Assembly (NCBI GenBank): GCA_963784395.1
Contig: CAWARI010000002.1
Span: 406,043-470,042 of the forward strand
DNA from: an uncultured Alphaproteobacteria bacterium
Lineage (GTDB): Bacteria > Pseudomonadota > Alphaproteobacteria > Sphingomonadales > Sphingomonadaceae
DNA: 64,000 nucleotides
Direction of reading: 5' to 3'
The translations under genes were made by a program, and so were the position numbers. The notes beneath the pieces are model-generated. The model was not told the origin of the DNA and did not search any database. It saw nothing but the letters and a program-made list of their open reading frames with translations. Positions 13,814 through 22,959 of the stretch are shown one piece after another. Position 1 is the stretch's first letter. Every line of letters begins with the position of its first letter.

Positions 13814-15298
13814 ATGACGATTCTGGCGAAAATATTGGCGAATGAAGGCGATGGTGTCGCAGTCGTCGTGGGCGACCGTGCGATCCGCTATGCCCAATTT
13901 TTGGCCGATATCCGCAGTGCCGCCGCGATGTTTGCAGATCAGGGCGTGGGTATCGGAACGAAAGTCGGGTTGCGTGCAGGCCCGCTCCTAACCGGGCAAT
14001 CCTACGCAAGCTGGGTCGCCCATCTCGCCACACTTTGGATCGGCGCACGTCACATCTCGATGGTTGAAGCGGGCTCGGTTAGCGACTGTATCGCGGCGGG
14101 CGTGGTCGAAATTGCCATTGGGTCGCAATTGGGGCTCAAACGCGTTCCCGCGACCCATCGGCAGATTCGCTTCGACCTTGATCTCGACGGCCTTCGCGAT
14201 TCCGAAGGCGCCGCTCCGAAGCTGGCTGACGACCAAGCAGTTCGCATCAACTTGACCTCCGGTACGACGGGACGTGCAAAGTTCGTTGCCTGGGACGCAG
14301 CGATGATGGAGCAGCGGGTTGCCCAAGTCGCCGAAGGGCTATCGCTGTCCCCGGAATCTCGGCTCTTTCCTCTGTTACAGATGCGCACGACCGCGGGGTT
14401 CCGCTATCCGATTGCAATCTGGCAGGTCGGCGGATCCGTCCAGCTACCAGAAGATGAACAAGCCTTGGCGCGGGATCATCGGGCGCTCGGAAAATCGAAT
14501 ATCCTGCTCTGTTCGCCGCCACAGCTGGAAGACCGATTGCGCGTTCACCAAGGGGATTGGGACGGCAAGGAAGGTCGCACGATCGTGACCCTGGGTGGTC
14601 GGCTGGGAACGGCCGTCCGTGACGAAGCGATGGCGAGAGCCTGTGGGCGGTTACTTATCAGCTACGGTGCAACGGAGACCGGGAGCATAGCCATCGGCGA
14701 CGCAGGGGCGATCGACCGCCATCCCGGCGCAGTCGGCTTTGTACGCAAGGGTATTGAAGTCGAAATTGTCGGTGACGACGGCCGCATCGTGCCGCCAGGC
14801 ACCAGCGGAATGATCCGGACAAGGTCGAACGTCATGGCGATGGGTTACGAACCGACCGAAATCGGAAGTTCGAACGACAACGCCCCATTTCAGCATGGGT
14901 GGTTTGTCCCTGGAGACCTTGGTTGCCTGTTTGAGGATGGCCTGCTGGCAATCGAGGGGCGAGCGAGCGATACGTTCAATCTTGGCGGCTGGAAAGTAAA
15001 CGCACAAGAACTTGAACAACGGATGCACAGAATTCGCGGGGTTCAGGACATTTGTGCTTGCGTCATGCAATTGGATGAGGGCGATTTGCTGACCTTTGCA
15101 TTGGTATGTCAGGACGAACAGGCAATCCCCTCGATCGCCAAACAGATCCAAAAACTCTTACTCAAAGGACGCCGGTTTCACGTTGTTCGTGTGCGGGCCC
15201 TTCCGCGGAATGCGATGGGCAAAATACCCCGCGCCATGATCGCCCAAAAATTGACCCAAGCCTACCAAGCGAAAAAAAAGAATATCGCCAATGCCTGA
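13814..15298 (+). CDS. Class I adenylate-forming (acyl-CoA/AMP ligase-like) enzyme
   Basis: LTSGTTGRAK (A3), SYGATETG (A5), PGDLG (A7), GRASDTFNLGG (A8), LPRNAMGKI (A10). Confidence 0.85.
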   Translation: MTILAKILANEGDGVAVVVGDRAIRYAQFLADIRSAAAMFADQGVGIGTKVGLRAGPLLTGQSYASWVAHLATLWIGARHISMVEAGSVSDCIAAGVVEIAIGSQLGLKRVPATHRQIRFDLDLDGLRDSEGAAPKLADDQAVRINLTSGTTGRAKFVAWDAAMMEQRVAQVAEGLSLSPESRLFPLLQMRTTAGFRYPIAIWQVGGSVQLPEDEQALARDHRALGKSNILLCSPPQLEDRLRVHQGDWDGKEGRTIVTLGGRLGTAVRDEAMARACGRLLISYGATETGSIAIGDAGAIDRHPGAVGFVRKGIEVEIVGDDGRIVPPGTSGMIRTRSNVMAMGYEPTEIGSSNDNAPFQHGWFVPGDLGCLFEDGLLAIEGRASDTFNLGGWKVNAQELEQRMHRIRGVQDICACVMQLDEGDLLTFALVCQDEQAIPSIAKQIQKLLLKGRRFHVVRVRALPRNAMGKIPRAMIAQKLTQAYQAKKKNIANA

Positions 15299-16472
15299 CC
15301 AGACTGCGGCACCAATCGCCATGTCGACGAGCAAAGCGGAGGGTCACCGCGCACGCCTGACGCGAACGTTGGAGGTACCATGTCCAGACGTCGATAAGGC
15401 GCGCCCGATAGAGGTGGGAGTTTTCTTGGGTGAGGGCGTGGGTCCAGAAGTCGTTCCCGTTGCGATCGATTTGCTCGAATATTTGGCGGACCATGACGGG
15501 CGAACGCTGAAACTGCATCAGGGCGGGTTGATCGGACTTCCAGCAAAGCAGCAATTCGGCAGCAGCTTGTCCAGCGAAGTGATTGATTTTGCGGGTAAGA
15601 TTTTCAGCGATGGCGGTGCGTTGTTCTGCGGTCCCGGCGGCGATCGTTTCGTTTATGAAATCCGTCGCGAATTTGACCTTTATTGCAAGTTCACCCCGCT
15701 CGAGCCCCTACCGGAACTGCGCGACGCCGGTGTGGTCCGACCGGAAACAGTCGCTTGTGCCGACATCATCGCGGTCCGTGAAAATATGGGCGGCATCTAC
15801 CAGGGAATCTGGGACGATACGGCCAATGATGGCGAACGCGTCGCGAGCCACCGCTTCGAATATCGCGAAGCCGATGTCCGCCGCATTATGGGCGTCTCGA
15901 TGCGCCTTGCCAAAAGCCGCCGCAACCAGGTTCATGTCGTGCTCAAGCCCGGCGGAATCCCGTCCATCTCGTCGCTGTGGCGCACTTGTGCCGAAGAAAT
16001 GGCGGCCGATACCGGGGTCGCCCTCAGCGAGCTCGAGATCGACAATGCCGTATACCAGTTGATTGCCAATCCGGGGCAGTTCGACGTGCTCGTGTCGCCC
16101 AACATGTTCGGCGACGTGCTCGCGGATTGCGGGTCACTCCTGCTGGCATCGCGCGGCCTCTCATTCTCCGGCAATTTCAACGATCGAGGCAATGGCGTCT
16201 ACCAGACCGGTCACGGCGCCGCCCGCGACATTGCGGGCAAGGACGTTGCCAACCCGATTGGCCAGATTCTCTCGCTCGGCATGATGCTGCGCGAAAGCTT
16301 TTGCTGGCCGGAAGCCGATGCGGCGCTCCGCTGCGCCGTACGAATGACTTTGGCGGGCGGGATTGCAACCGGCGACATTGCGGCGGCTGGATCCCGTATC
16401 GTCGGAACGCGCGCGTTCGGGGCCAAGGTGCGCGCAAATCTCGAGCAAGTCCTCGCAGAACGGTCGCTGTGA
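15291..16472 (+). CDS. Isocitrate/isopropylmalate-family beta-decarboxylating dehydrogenase, divergent
   Basis: GEGVGPEV, VRENMGGIY, IDN, NMFGDVLAD, HGAARDIAGKDVANP. Overlaps the upstream gene by 8 nt. Confidence 0.88.
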   Translation: MPDQTAAPIAMSTSKAEGHRARLTRTLEVPCPDVDKARPIEVGVFLGEGVGPEVVPVAIDLLEYLADHDGRTLKLHQGGLIGLPAKQQFGSSLSSEVIDFAGKIFSDGGALFCGPGGDRFVYEIRREFDLYCKFTPLEPLPELRDAGVVRPETVACADIIAVRENMGGIYQGIWDDTANDGERVASHRFEYREADVRRIMGVSMRLAKSRRNQVHVVLKPGGIPSISSLWRTCAEEMAADTGVALSELEIDNAVYQLIANPGQFDVLVSPNMFGDVLADCGSLLLASRGLSFSGNFNDRGNGVYQTGHGAARDIAGKDVANPIGQILSLGMMLRESFCWPEADAALRCAVRMTLAGGIATGDIAAAGSRIVGTRAFGAKVRANLEQVLAERSL

Positions 16473-18355
16473 GTGATCGTACCGCCCTCCTCCTGGTTGA
16501 CTGCCAGAACGACTTCCTCGATCGCGCCGGACTGACACCGCCGCGCGACGCCTTATTGCGGAGTATCGCGGCAGCACTCGACGACGCCCGTGCCCAGGGC
16601 ATGCCGATTTTCCACGTGAGGACCAGCGCTGGTCCCGAAGGTGGAAACGCCATGCCGCATCGCCGCGGCAATGCCGAGGTGATCGACGGGACGCATGGGG
16701 CGGCGTCACCAGACTTGGTAGCAGCGCAAGAAGGCGAGCCGATTTTCGAAAAGCGCTTCTTCAGCGCTTTCAATGCGCCGGGGCTAGTCGAAGCCTTGGC
16801 CGACGCTGGCATCACCGATCTCCGCCTTGCGGGTGTACACACCCATGCCTGCATCCAGGCGACTGCGCTCGACGCTTATGCTCGCGGCCTCAAGGTTCAG
16901 ATCGATCCAACGCTGATCGGGAGCGATCGTCCTGCCCTTGCCAAGCAAGCGTTGGAATGGATCGATGGACGCGCCGCCGAAGTGGTATCGTCGACAGGCA
17001 GCCCCGAATTCGTCCATCGGAAACCCACCGACCCCTCGGTCACTCTCTTCACAATTCGCGAATGTGACGCGACTTTCATCGACGAGGCTGTCGTTCGGCT
17101 GCGACAGAAACAACCGATCTTTCGGGCATTACCGCTTGAGGAGCGCAGGACACGCTTGCAGCAATTGCACGCACGCATTTCACGGGAACGCGTGCATTTC
17201 GTCGAGGCGCTGATCCGCGACGTCGGGAAGCCCCGCCGTGATGCCCAGGGCGAAGTCGATTATGGCCTCGCGCTGCTGGAGACAGTCGCTATGGCGCTGG
17301 ACGATCGGGAGCCGCATCCGGACCGCCTCGTGCGTTACCGACCGATCGGAATCGCTGGGATCATAACCCCGTGGAACAACCCGTTCGCCATCCCGCTCGG
17401 CAAGCTCGCTCCCGCGCTCGGTTACGGCAATGGTGTGCTGTGGAAGCCCGCTCCGGCGGGAAGTGGGATGGCTGCGATGCTCCACGACAGCCTTAGATCG
17501 GTGGGACTAGGCGCATTAGTCGAACGGATCGACGGCGATGCGGAAACGGGTCGTCAGCTAACCTCGGCGGACGGGATCGACGCATTGTCATTTACCGGTT
17601 CAGTGCCGGTCGGCCGGTCAGTCATCTTGCAAGCAGGACGACGCGCAATCCCGGTTCAGGCTGAGCTGGGCGGCTCGAATGCCGCCATCGTCGACGCCAG
17701 CGCGGACATTTCCGCCGCCGCGGGAGACCTGGTTAGCGCCATCTTCAGTTTTGCCGGCCAACGGTGCACGGCAATCCGCCAAATCGTCGTAATCGACGAG
17801 ATTTACGACGTTTTCGCCGCGCAGTTGAAGAATGCAGTCGGAAATTTGCGCGTGATCGACCCCGCTGATCCGGCATGCGACATGGGTCCGATGATCAACG
17901 CCGCAGCGCGCCAACGGGTCGCCGGGCAGGTCGAGGACGCGATTGCCAACGGCGCCATTCTGGTAACCGGCGGAACCGACGAAGTTCCGGGGTGCGACGG
18001 TCCCTGCTGGCTTCGGCCTACGATTCTTGCCAACCTTCCCGCGCACCATTCCCTGCTAACCGATGAAGCATTCGGCCCGGTCGCAACCCTCTTACGTGTC
18101 GCTACGTTCGAAGATGCGATTGCGGTGCACAACGCGACCGAATTCGGACTGGTCGGTGTGCTCTATTCTTCCGACGACAACCGGCAAAAAGAGTTTCTGG
18201 AGAAAGCCGAAGCGGGCATGCTTTCGGTGAATCGGGCTCGCCCCGCATTTTCTTCCGCTGGCCCGTTTTCAGGCTGGAAAGCGTCAGGCCATGGCGCGGC
18301 CGAGCACGGCCGTTGGAACCGCGACTTCTATACGCGTCCGCAAGTCGCTTACTAA
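16469..18355 (+). CDS. Isochorismatase-family cysteine hydrolase fused to an aldehyde dehydrogenase
   Basis: GTG start overlaps the upstream stop (GTGA). Hydrolase triad in VDCQND / KRFFSAF / HTHAC. ALDH motifs ITPWNNP, FTGS, ELGG, GQRCTA, EAFGP. The ORF-track extension from 15977 is out-of-frame overlap. Confidence 0.85.
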   Translation: MSDRTALLLVDCQNDFLDRAGLTPPRDALLRSIAAALDDARAQGMPIFHVRTSAGPEGGNAMPHRRGNAEVIDGTHGAASPDLVAAQEGEPIFEKRFFSAFNAPGLVEALADAGITDLRLAGVHTHACIQATALDAYARGLKVQIDPTLIGSDRPALAKQALEWIDGRAAEVVSSTGSPEFVHRKPTDPSVTLFTIRECDATFIDEAVVRLRQKQPIFRALPLEERRTRLQQLHARISRERVHFVEALIRDVGKPRRDAQGEVDYGLALLETVAMALDDREPHPDRLVRYRPIGIAGIITPWNNPFAIPLGKLAPALGYGNGVLWKPAPAGSGMAAMLHDSLRSVGLGALVERIDGDAETGRQLTSADGIDALSFTGSVPVGRSVILQAGRRAIPVQAELGGSNAAIVDASADISAAAGDLVSAIFSFAGQRCTAIRQIVVIDEIYDVFAAQLKNAVGNLRVIDPADPACDMGPMINAAARQRVAGQVEDAIANGAILVTGGTDEVPGCDGPCWLRPTILANLPAHHSLLTDEAFGPVATLLRVATFEDAIAVHNATEFGLVGVLYSSDDNRQKEFLEKAEAGMLSVNRARPAFSSAGPFSGWKASGHGAAEHGRWNRDFYTRPQVAY

Positions 18356-18377
18356 GACACGGAAATCCGGGGAAAAA

Positions 18378-18452
18378 TGGTGGGCGTGGCAAGGATTGAA
18401 CTTGCGACCCCTGCGATGTCAACACAGTGCTCTACCACTGAGCTACACGCCC
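18378..18452 (-). tRNA. tRNA-Val (GAC)
   Basis: Reverse complement GGGCGTGTAGCTCAGTGGTAGAGCACTGTGTTGACATCGCAGGGGTCGCAAGTTCAATCCTTGCCACGCCCACCA folds as a cloverleaf with anticodon GAC and encoded CCA. Confidence 0.97.
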
Positions 18453-18530
18453 ACTCTAGGGTCCGCCGCTGCTTCGCGGCGTGAACATCTGGCGGGCCTT
18501 TAGGAGAGGAAATCCGCGAGGGCAAGGCCC

Positions 18531-18914
18531 TTAAAGGCGTCCGTGCTGATCTTCGCTCTGAAACATGCGATCCACCTCGGCAACAAGGTCCTTGAGGTGG
18601 AAGGGCTTGGACAGCAGTTTCGCTTCCGGCGTCGTCTTGCCGGCCTGCAATGCGACCGCTGCGAATCCGGTAATGAACATCACGCGGATCGCAGAATCGA
18701 TCGAGCTCGCCTTCTGCGCCAATTCGATCCCGTCCATTTCCGGCATGACGATGTCGGTGAGGAGCAAGTCGAACTTGCCCGCCTGGAGCAACGGTACCGC
18801 TTCGGTACCGCAACCCACCGCCTCGACGTAGTAACCGACGCGCTGCAGCGCACGCTGCAGATATTCGCGCATGGACGTATCGTCTTCGGCAAGGAGAATG
18901 CGGATCATGGGCAT
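18531..18914 (-). CDS. cpdR: Single-domain response regulator CpdR
   Basis: ILLAEDD, LLTDIVMPEMDGIELA, FITGFAAVAL, SKPFHL. Sits between tRNA-Val and N-formylglutamate amidohydrolase as in other alphaproteobacteria. Start may be 18908. Confidence 0.88.
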   Translation of the reverse strand: MPMIRILLAEDDTSMREYLQRALQRVGYYVEAVGCGTEAVPLLQAGKFDLLLTDIVMPEMDGIELAQKASSIDSAIRVMFITGFAAVALQAGKTTPEAKLLSKPFHLKDLVAEVDRMFQSEDQHGRL

Positions 18915-19000
18915 TGCTATGCATCGAACGCGCGACTTTTTCTAGCGGGTCCGTCGCCGGGGTTCTTGCTGTCCTTAAATGGCACGGCTAGCGAAGGGAC

Positions 19001-19840
19001 GTGGACCGCAGCGCTCTCCCACCACCCGAAATCTTGCCGCACCGCTCGGCGCTTCCGGTCGCGCTATCAGTGCCGCACTCGGGGCGCATTTATGCTGACT
19101 GGCTGCTCGCACTGGCCACGGGTGATCAATCCGTGCTCGAGTCGCTTTCCGACCCTCTGGTCGATCGCCTGGCTTGGCGTGCGATTGCCGCGGGACATGG
19201 AGCAGTCGTCGCCCGTACGCCGCGTGCAGCGCTGGACTGCAACCGCTCGCCGGACGATATCGACCCTTCGGTGGTGACGGGGCCATTTCGCGCGCAGCCG
19301 ACCTCTCGTGCCAAGGCCGGGCTCGGCGTCGTTCCCGACCGGACAGCACGCCATGGCAAACTGTGGAACCAAATGCTGTCGCGGATCGATCTGGAACGGC
19401 GGATCGAAGAGGCACATGGGCCTTACCATCGCGCGATCGAGGAAGCTATGGATCGAATTGCCATTCGCCACGGCCAAGCCTTGCTGCTTGATTGCCACTC
19501 CATGCCAAAACGGCGCGGCCAGGCGGAATTGGTGATCGGCGACCGCCACGGCCTAAGCGCGGCACCATGGATATCGTCAGAGGCCGCGCGGATCGCGCGC
19601 AGCCAGGGTTGGGTGGTGGCCGTCAACCAGCCTTATGCGGGCGGCTTCATCGTGGAACGCCACGGGCAGCCGGAAAACGGCAGACACGCATTGCAGCTCG
19701 AGATCTGTCGTTCATGCTATCTGGACGCCGACGGCTTGGCTACCGGCGCCGGTTTTGACCGGGCGGCACGACTGATCGAAACGATGGCGGCTGACCTTGG
19801 CGCCGCAATGCTTCCCGATCACGCGATTGCAGCGGAATAA
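19001..19840 (+). CDS. N-formylglutamate amidohydrolase family protein
   Basis: SVPHSGRIY, PRAALDCNRSPDDID, PYH, LDCHSMP, NQPYAGG, HALQLEI. Confidence 0.88.
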   Translation: MDRSALPPPEILPHRSALPVALSVPHSGRIYADWLLALATGDQSVLESLSDPLVDRLAWRAIAAGHGAVVARTPRAALDCNRSPDDIDPSVVTGPFRAQPTSRAKAGLGVVPDRTARHGKLWNQMLSRIDLERRIEEAHGPYHRAIEEAMDRIAIRHGQALLLDCHSMPKRRGQAELVIGDRHGLSAAPWISSEAARIARSQGWVVAVNQPYAGGFIVERHGQPENGRHALQLEICRSCYLDADGLATGAGFDRAARLIETMAADLGAAMLPDHAIAAE

Positions 19841-19870
19841 AAAAAGGCCACCCCGTTTCCGGGATGGCCT
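19839..19870 (-). terminator. Intrinsic terminator of the sRNA (possibly bidirectional)
   Basis: AGGCCATCCC-GGAAAC-GGGGTGGCCT hairpin followed by T7 on the minus strand. Confidence 0.8.
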
Positions 19871-19947
19871 GAGTTCAGGGAGGAACGCACCTGGAAGATG
19901 CGTTGCCGGCCAAACGTTCAAGGGGTGGAAGCCCGCAAGACCGGCGT
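19839..19947 (-). ncRNA. Putative MmgR/SuhB (alpha-r8)-like small RNA
   Basis: Minus strand: CTTGAA-N17-CATTTG promoter-like element, two hairpins, GTTCCTCCCTGAACT anti-SD-like core, then a GC hairpin and T-run. Convergent with the N-formylglutamate amidohydrolase gene. The 5' end is estimated. Confidence 0.6.
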
Positions 19948-20012
19948 GATCCTCAAATGGTGTGCCGCGAGCGCGCTTCAAGCGTGCTTTGTCACCATCC
20001 GGCGCAACAAAG

Positions 20013-20825
20013 TCACGCTTCGGCGTCAGCCTTTGCGTCGGCCGTAGGCGCCTGTGCGACACCAAGTGGCCCCTTGCCCTGCTGAACCTGGCGATAAAAT
20101 ACTTCGCGAATCAGCGACAGGCTCATGAGATGCGCGAAGATGAGCGAGAGCATGCCGCTCTGGTTCATCTTGCGGAGCTCGTCACCACGCATGTCGCGAA
20201 GCTTCTCTTCGTCGATCATCCGGAACCCGCGATAAAGGAAGGGCTGCTCTGCGCCATCCGGCTGAATCGACACTTCGCCTTCCATGAGGAGGCCCGATTC
20301 CTGCAATTCCTGCATAAAAGCCTGTGTGCGCTGGCCGGCTGCTTCAAATTGTTCGCAGAACTGGAGAATGTTTTTCGTAAGTTCACTCGGCTGGTCGCCG
20401 TCGAACAGTGCCTCGCCCTCATGGTCGTCGGCAACGCCGCCCGAACCCGGATCGAAGCAAAGTGAAAGCTCATCGCTGTCAGGACGCAGACGCGCGAGCA
20501 TGAACGGATAGCGGCGAAGATACGCCGGCATATAGCTCTGCTTGTCGATCGGCAGGCCTTCGGCATCGAGGAAGGTATTGACGCCTTCATTGAGACCCAT
20601 GAGCGCGAGCGGGATGGGATCCTCGCCGGCCGAGAAGATGATCGGGTAGTCACGCTGCGCGTGAATGAATTCCTCGATCGTCAGCGGCACGGCGTGAATG
20701 CGGCCGACCTGCGGGATGGTCAGGAAACGCTTCAACTTGCTGTTGCCGTGCTGCGTAGAGTTCAGGGCTTCAAGACCGCTGTAAAGCAGGGGCAGGGAAG
20801 CGTTATTCGGCGCTTGGCTCGCCAT
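20013..20825 (-). CDS. SapC family protein
   Basis: VPLTIEEF, YPIIF, ALMGLNEGVN, YMPAYLRRYPFML, GFRMIDEEKL. Confidence 0.85.
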   Translation of the reverse strand: MASQAPNNASLPLLYSGLEALNSTQHGNSKLKRFLTIPQVGRIHAVPLTIEEFIHAQRDYPIIFSAGEDPIPLALMGLNEGVNTFLDAEGLPIDKQSYMPAYLRRYPFMLARLRPDSDELSLCFDPGSGGVADDHEGEALFDGDQPSELTKNILQFCEQFEAAGQRTQAFMQELQESGLLMEGEVSIQPDGAEQPFLYRGFRMIDEEKLRDMRGDELRKMNQSGMLSLIFAHLMSLSLIREVFYRQVQQGKGPLGVAQAPTADAKADAEA

Positions 20826-20976
20826 TCATATATCTCCATCTGAAGATCGGCTGCCGGTCGCTTCGACGCGGGCCGGCAAAGAAAAATCGACTATGCCGCC
20901 TCTAGGAAAGGCATGCCTCGCGCGCAAGTCTTTACGAGTGGCTGCAAAATTCGGAGGTGGAGCGATCTTCGCTACA

Positions 20977-20991
20977 GTTCATCCGTTGTTC
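20977..20991 (+). promoter_or_regulatory. GTTC-N7-GTTC direct repeat (alphaproteobacterial LexA-box match; overlaps a TTCA-N7-TTCA CtrA-like site)
   Basis: GTTCatccgttGTTC ends 47 bp upstream of ATG 21038. Confidence 0.45.
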
Positions 20992-21037
20992 AATGGTTCG
21001 CTGGCAAGTCTGCGCTCACCATGGCAGATACGACCAC

Positions 21038-21472
21038 ATGTTCTCCGGCCTGATCGGTCTTCTCGCGTTCCTGCTTGGCGGGGAAGACGCGCCAGCGAAG
21101 CAATCGACGCCACCGGTCAAAGTCATGATGGTCGAGCAGCGCATGATGCTTCGCGTCAGCGTCAGGCCGCGATCGACGATGATTGTCGACTGGGACGAGC
21201 GAAAGGGGCCCAAGTGCGTCCCTGCCCGCGCGATTGCGGGCGCAGCATTGGCGGGTCGGGACGGCATCGATTTCGTGCTTCGTAATCGCCAACGCGTACG
21301 TGCCCTGTTCGACAGCGATTGCGAAGGGCTCGATTTCTACGGCGATTTCTACATCCAGCCCGAAGATGAAATGGTTTGCGCGGGCCGCGACGTGATCCGT
21401 TCCCGGGTGGGAGGCTCGTGCGAAATTCGCAAGTTCCACACGCTCGTCCCCATCGTCGCCCGCGAGCGCTAA
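21038..21472 (+). CDS. Hypothetical exported protein with four Cys
   Basis: Hydrophobic N-terminus, KCVPARAIAGA, CEGLDFYGDFY, CAGRDVIRSRVGGSCEI. Confidence 0.6.
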   Translation: MFSGLIGLLAFLLGGEDAPAKQSTPPVKVMMVEQRMMLRVSVRPRSTMIVDWDERKGPKCVPARAIAGAALAGRDGIDFVLRNRQRVRALFDSDCEGLDFYGDFYIQPEDEMVCAGRDVIRSRVGGSCEIRKFHTLVPIVARER

Positions 21473-21518
21473 GGGGCAAATCCTTGACTTTTCGGGCGGT
21501 TCGACGCATCGCCCGCGC

Positions 21519-21551
21519 AGCCGCCGCACCCGTGCACGGCTCCCTTTTTTT
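21519..21551 (+). terminator. Hairpin plus T7 tract immediately upstream of the DEAD-box helicase start
   Basis: AGCCG-C-CGCAC-CC-GTGC-A-CGGCT followed by CCCTTTTTTT. Confidence 0.5.
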
Positions 21552-21563
21552 CCGGAACCATGA

Positions 21564-22940
<1,377 letters not shown>

Positions 22941-22959
22941 GGCAGCTCGGCGATCGGTC

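Noticed and set aside
15977-16468. N-terminal 164-aa extension of the 792-aa ORF
   Set aside because: It is an out-of-frame overlap with the dehydrogenase gene. The hydrolase domain begins at the GTG at 16469, which overlaps the upstream stop.
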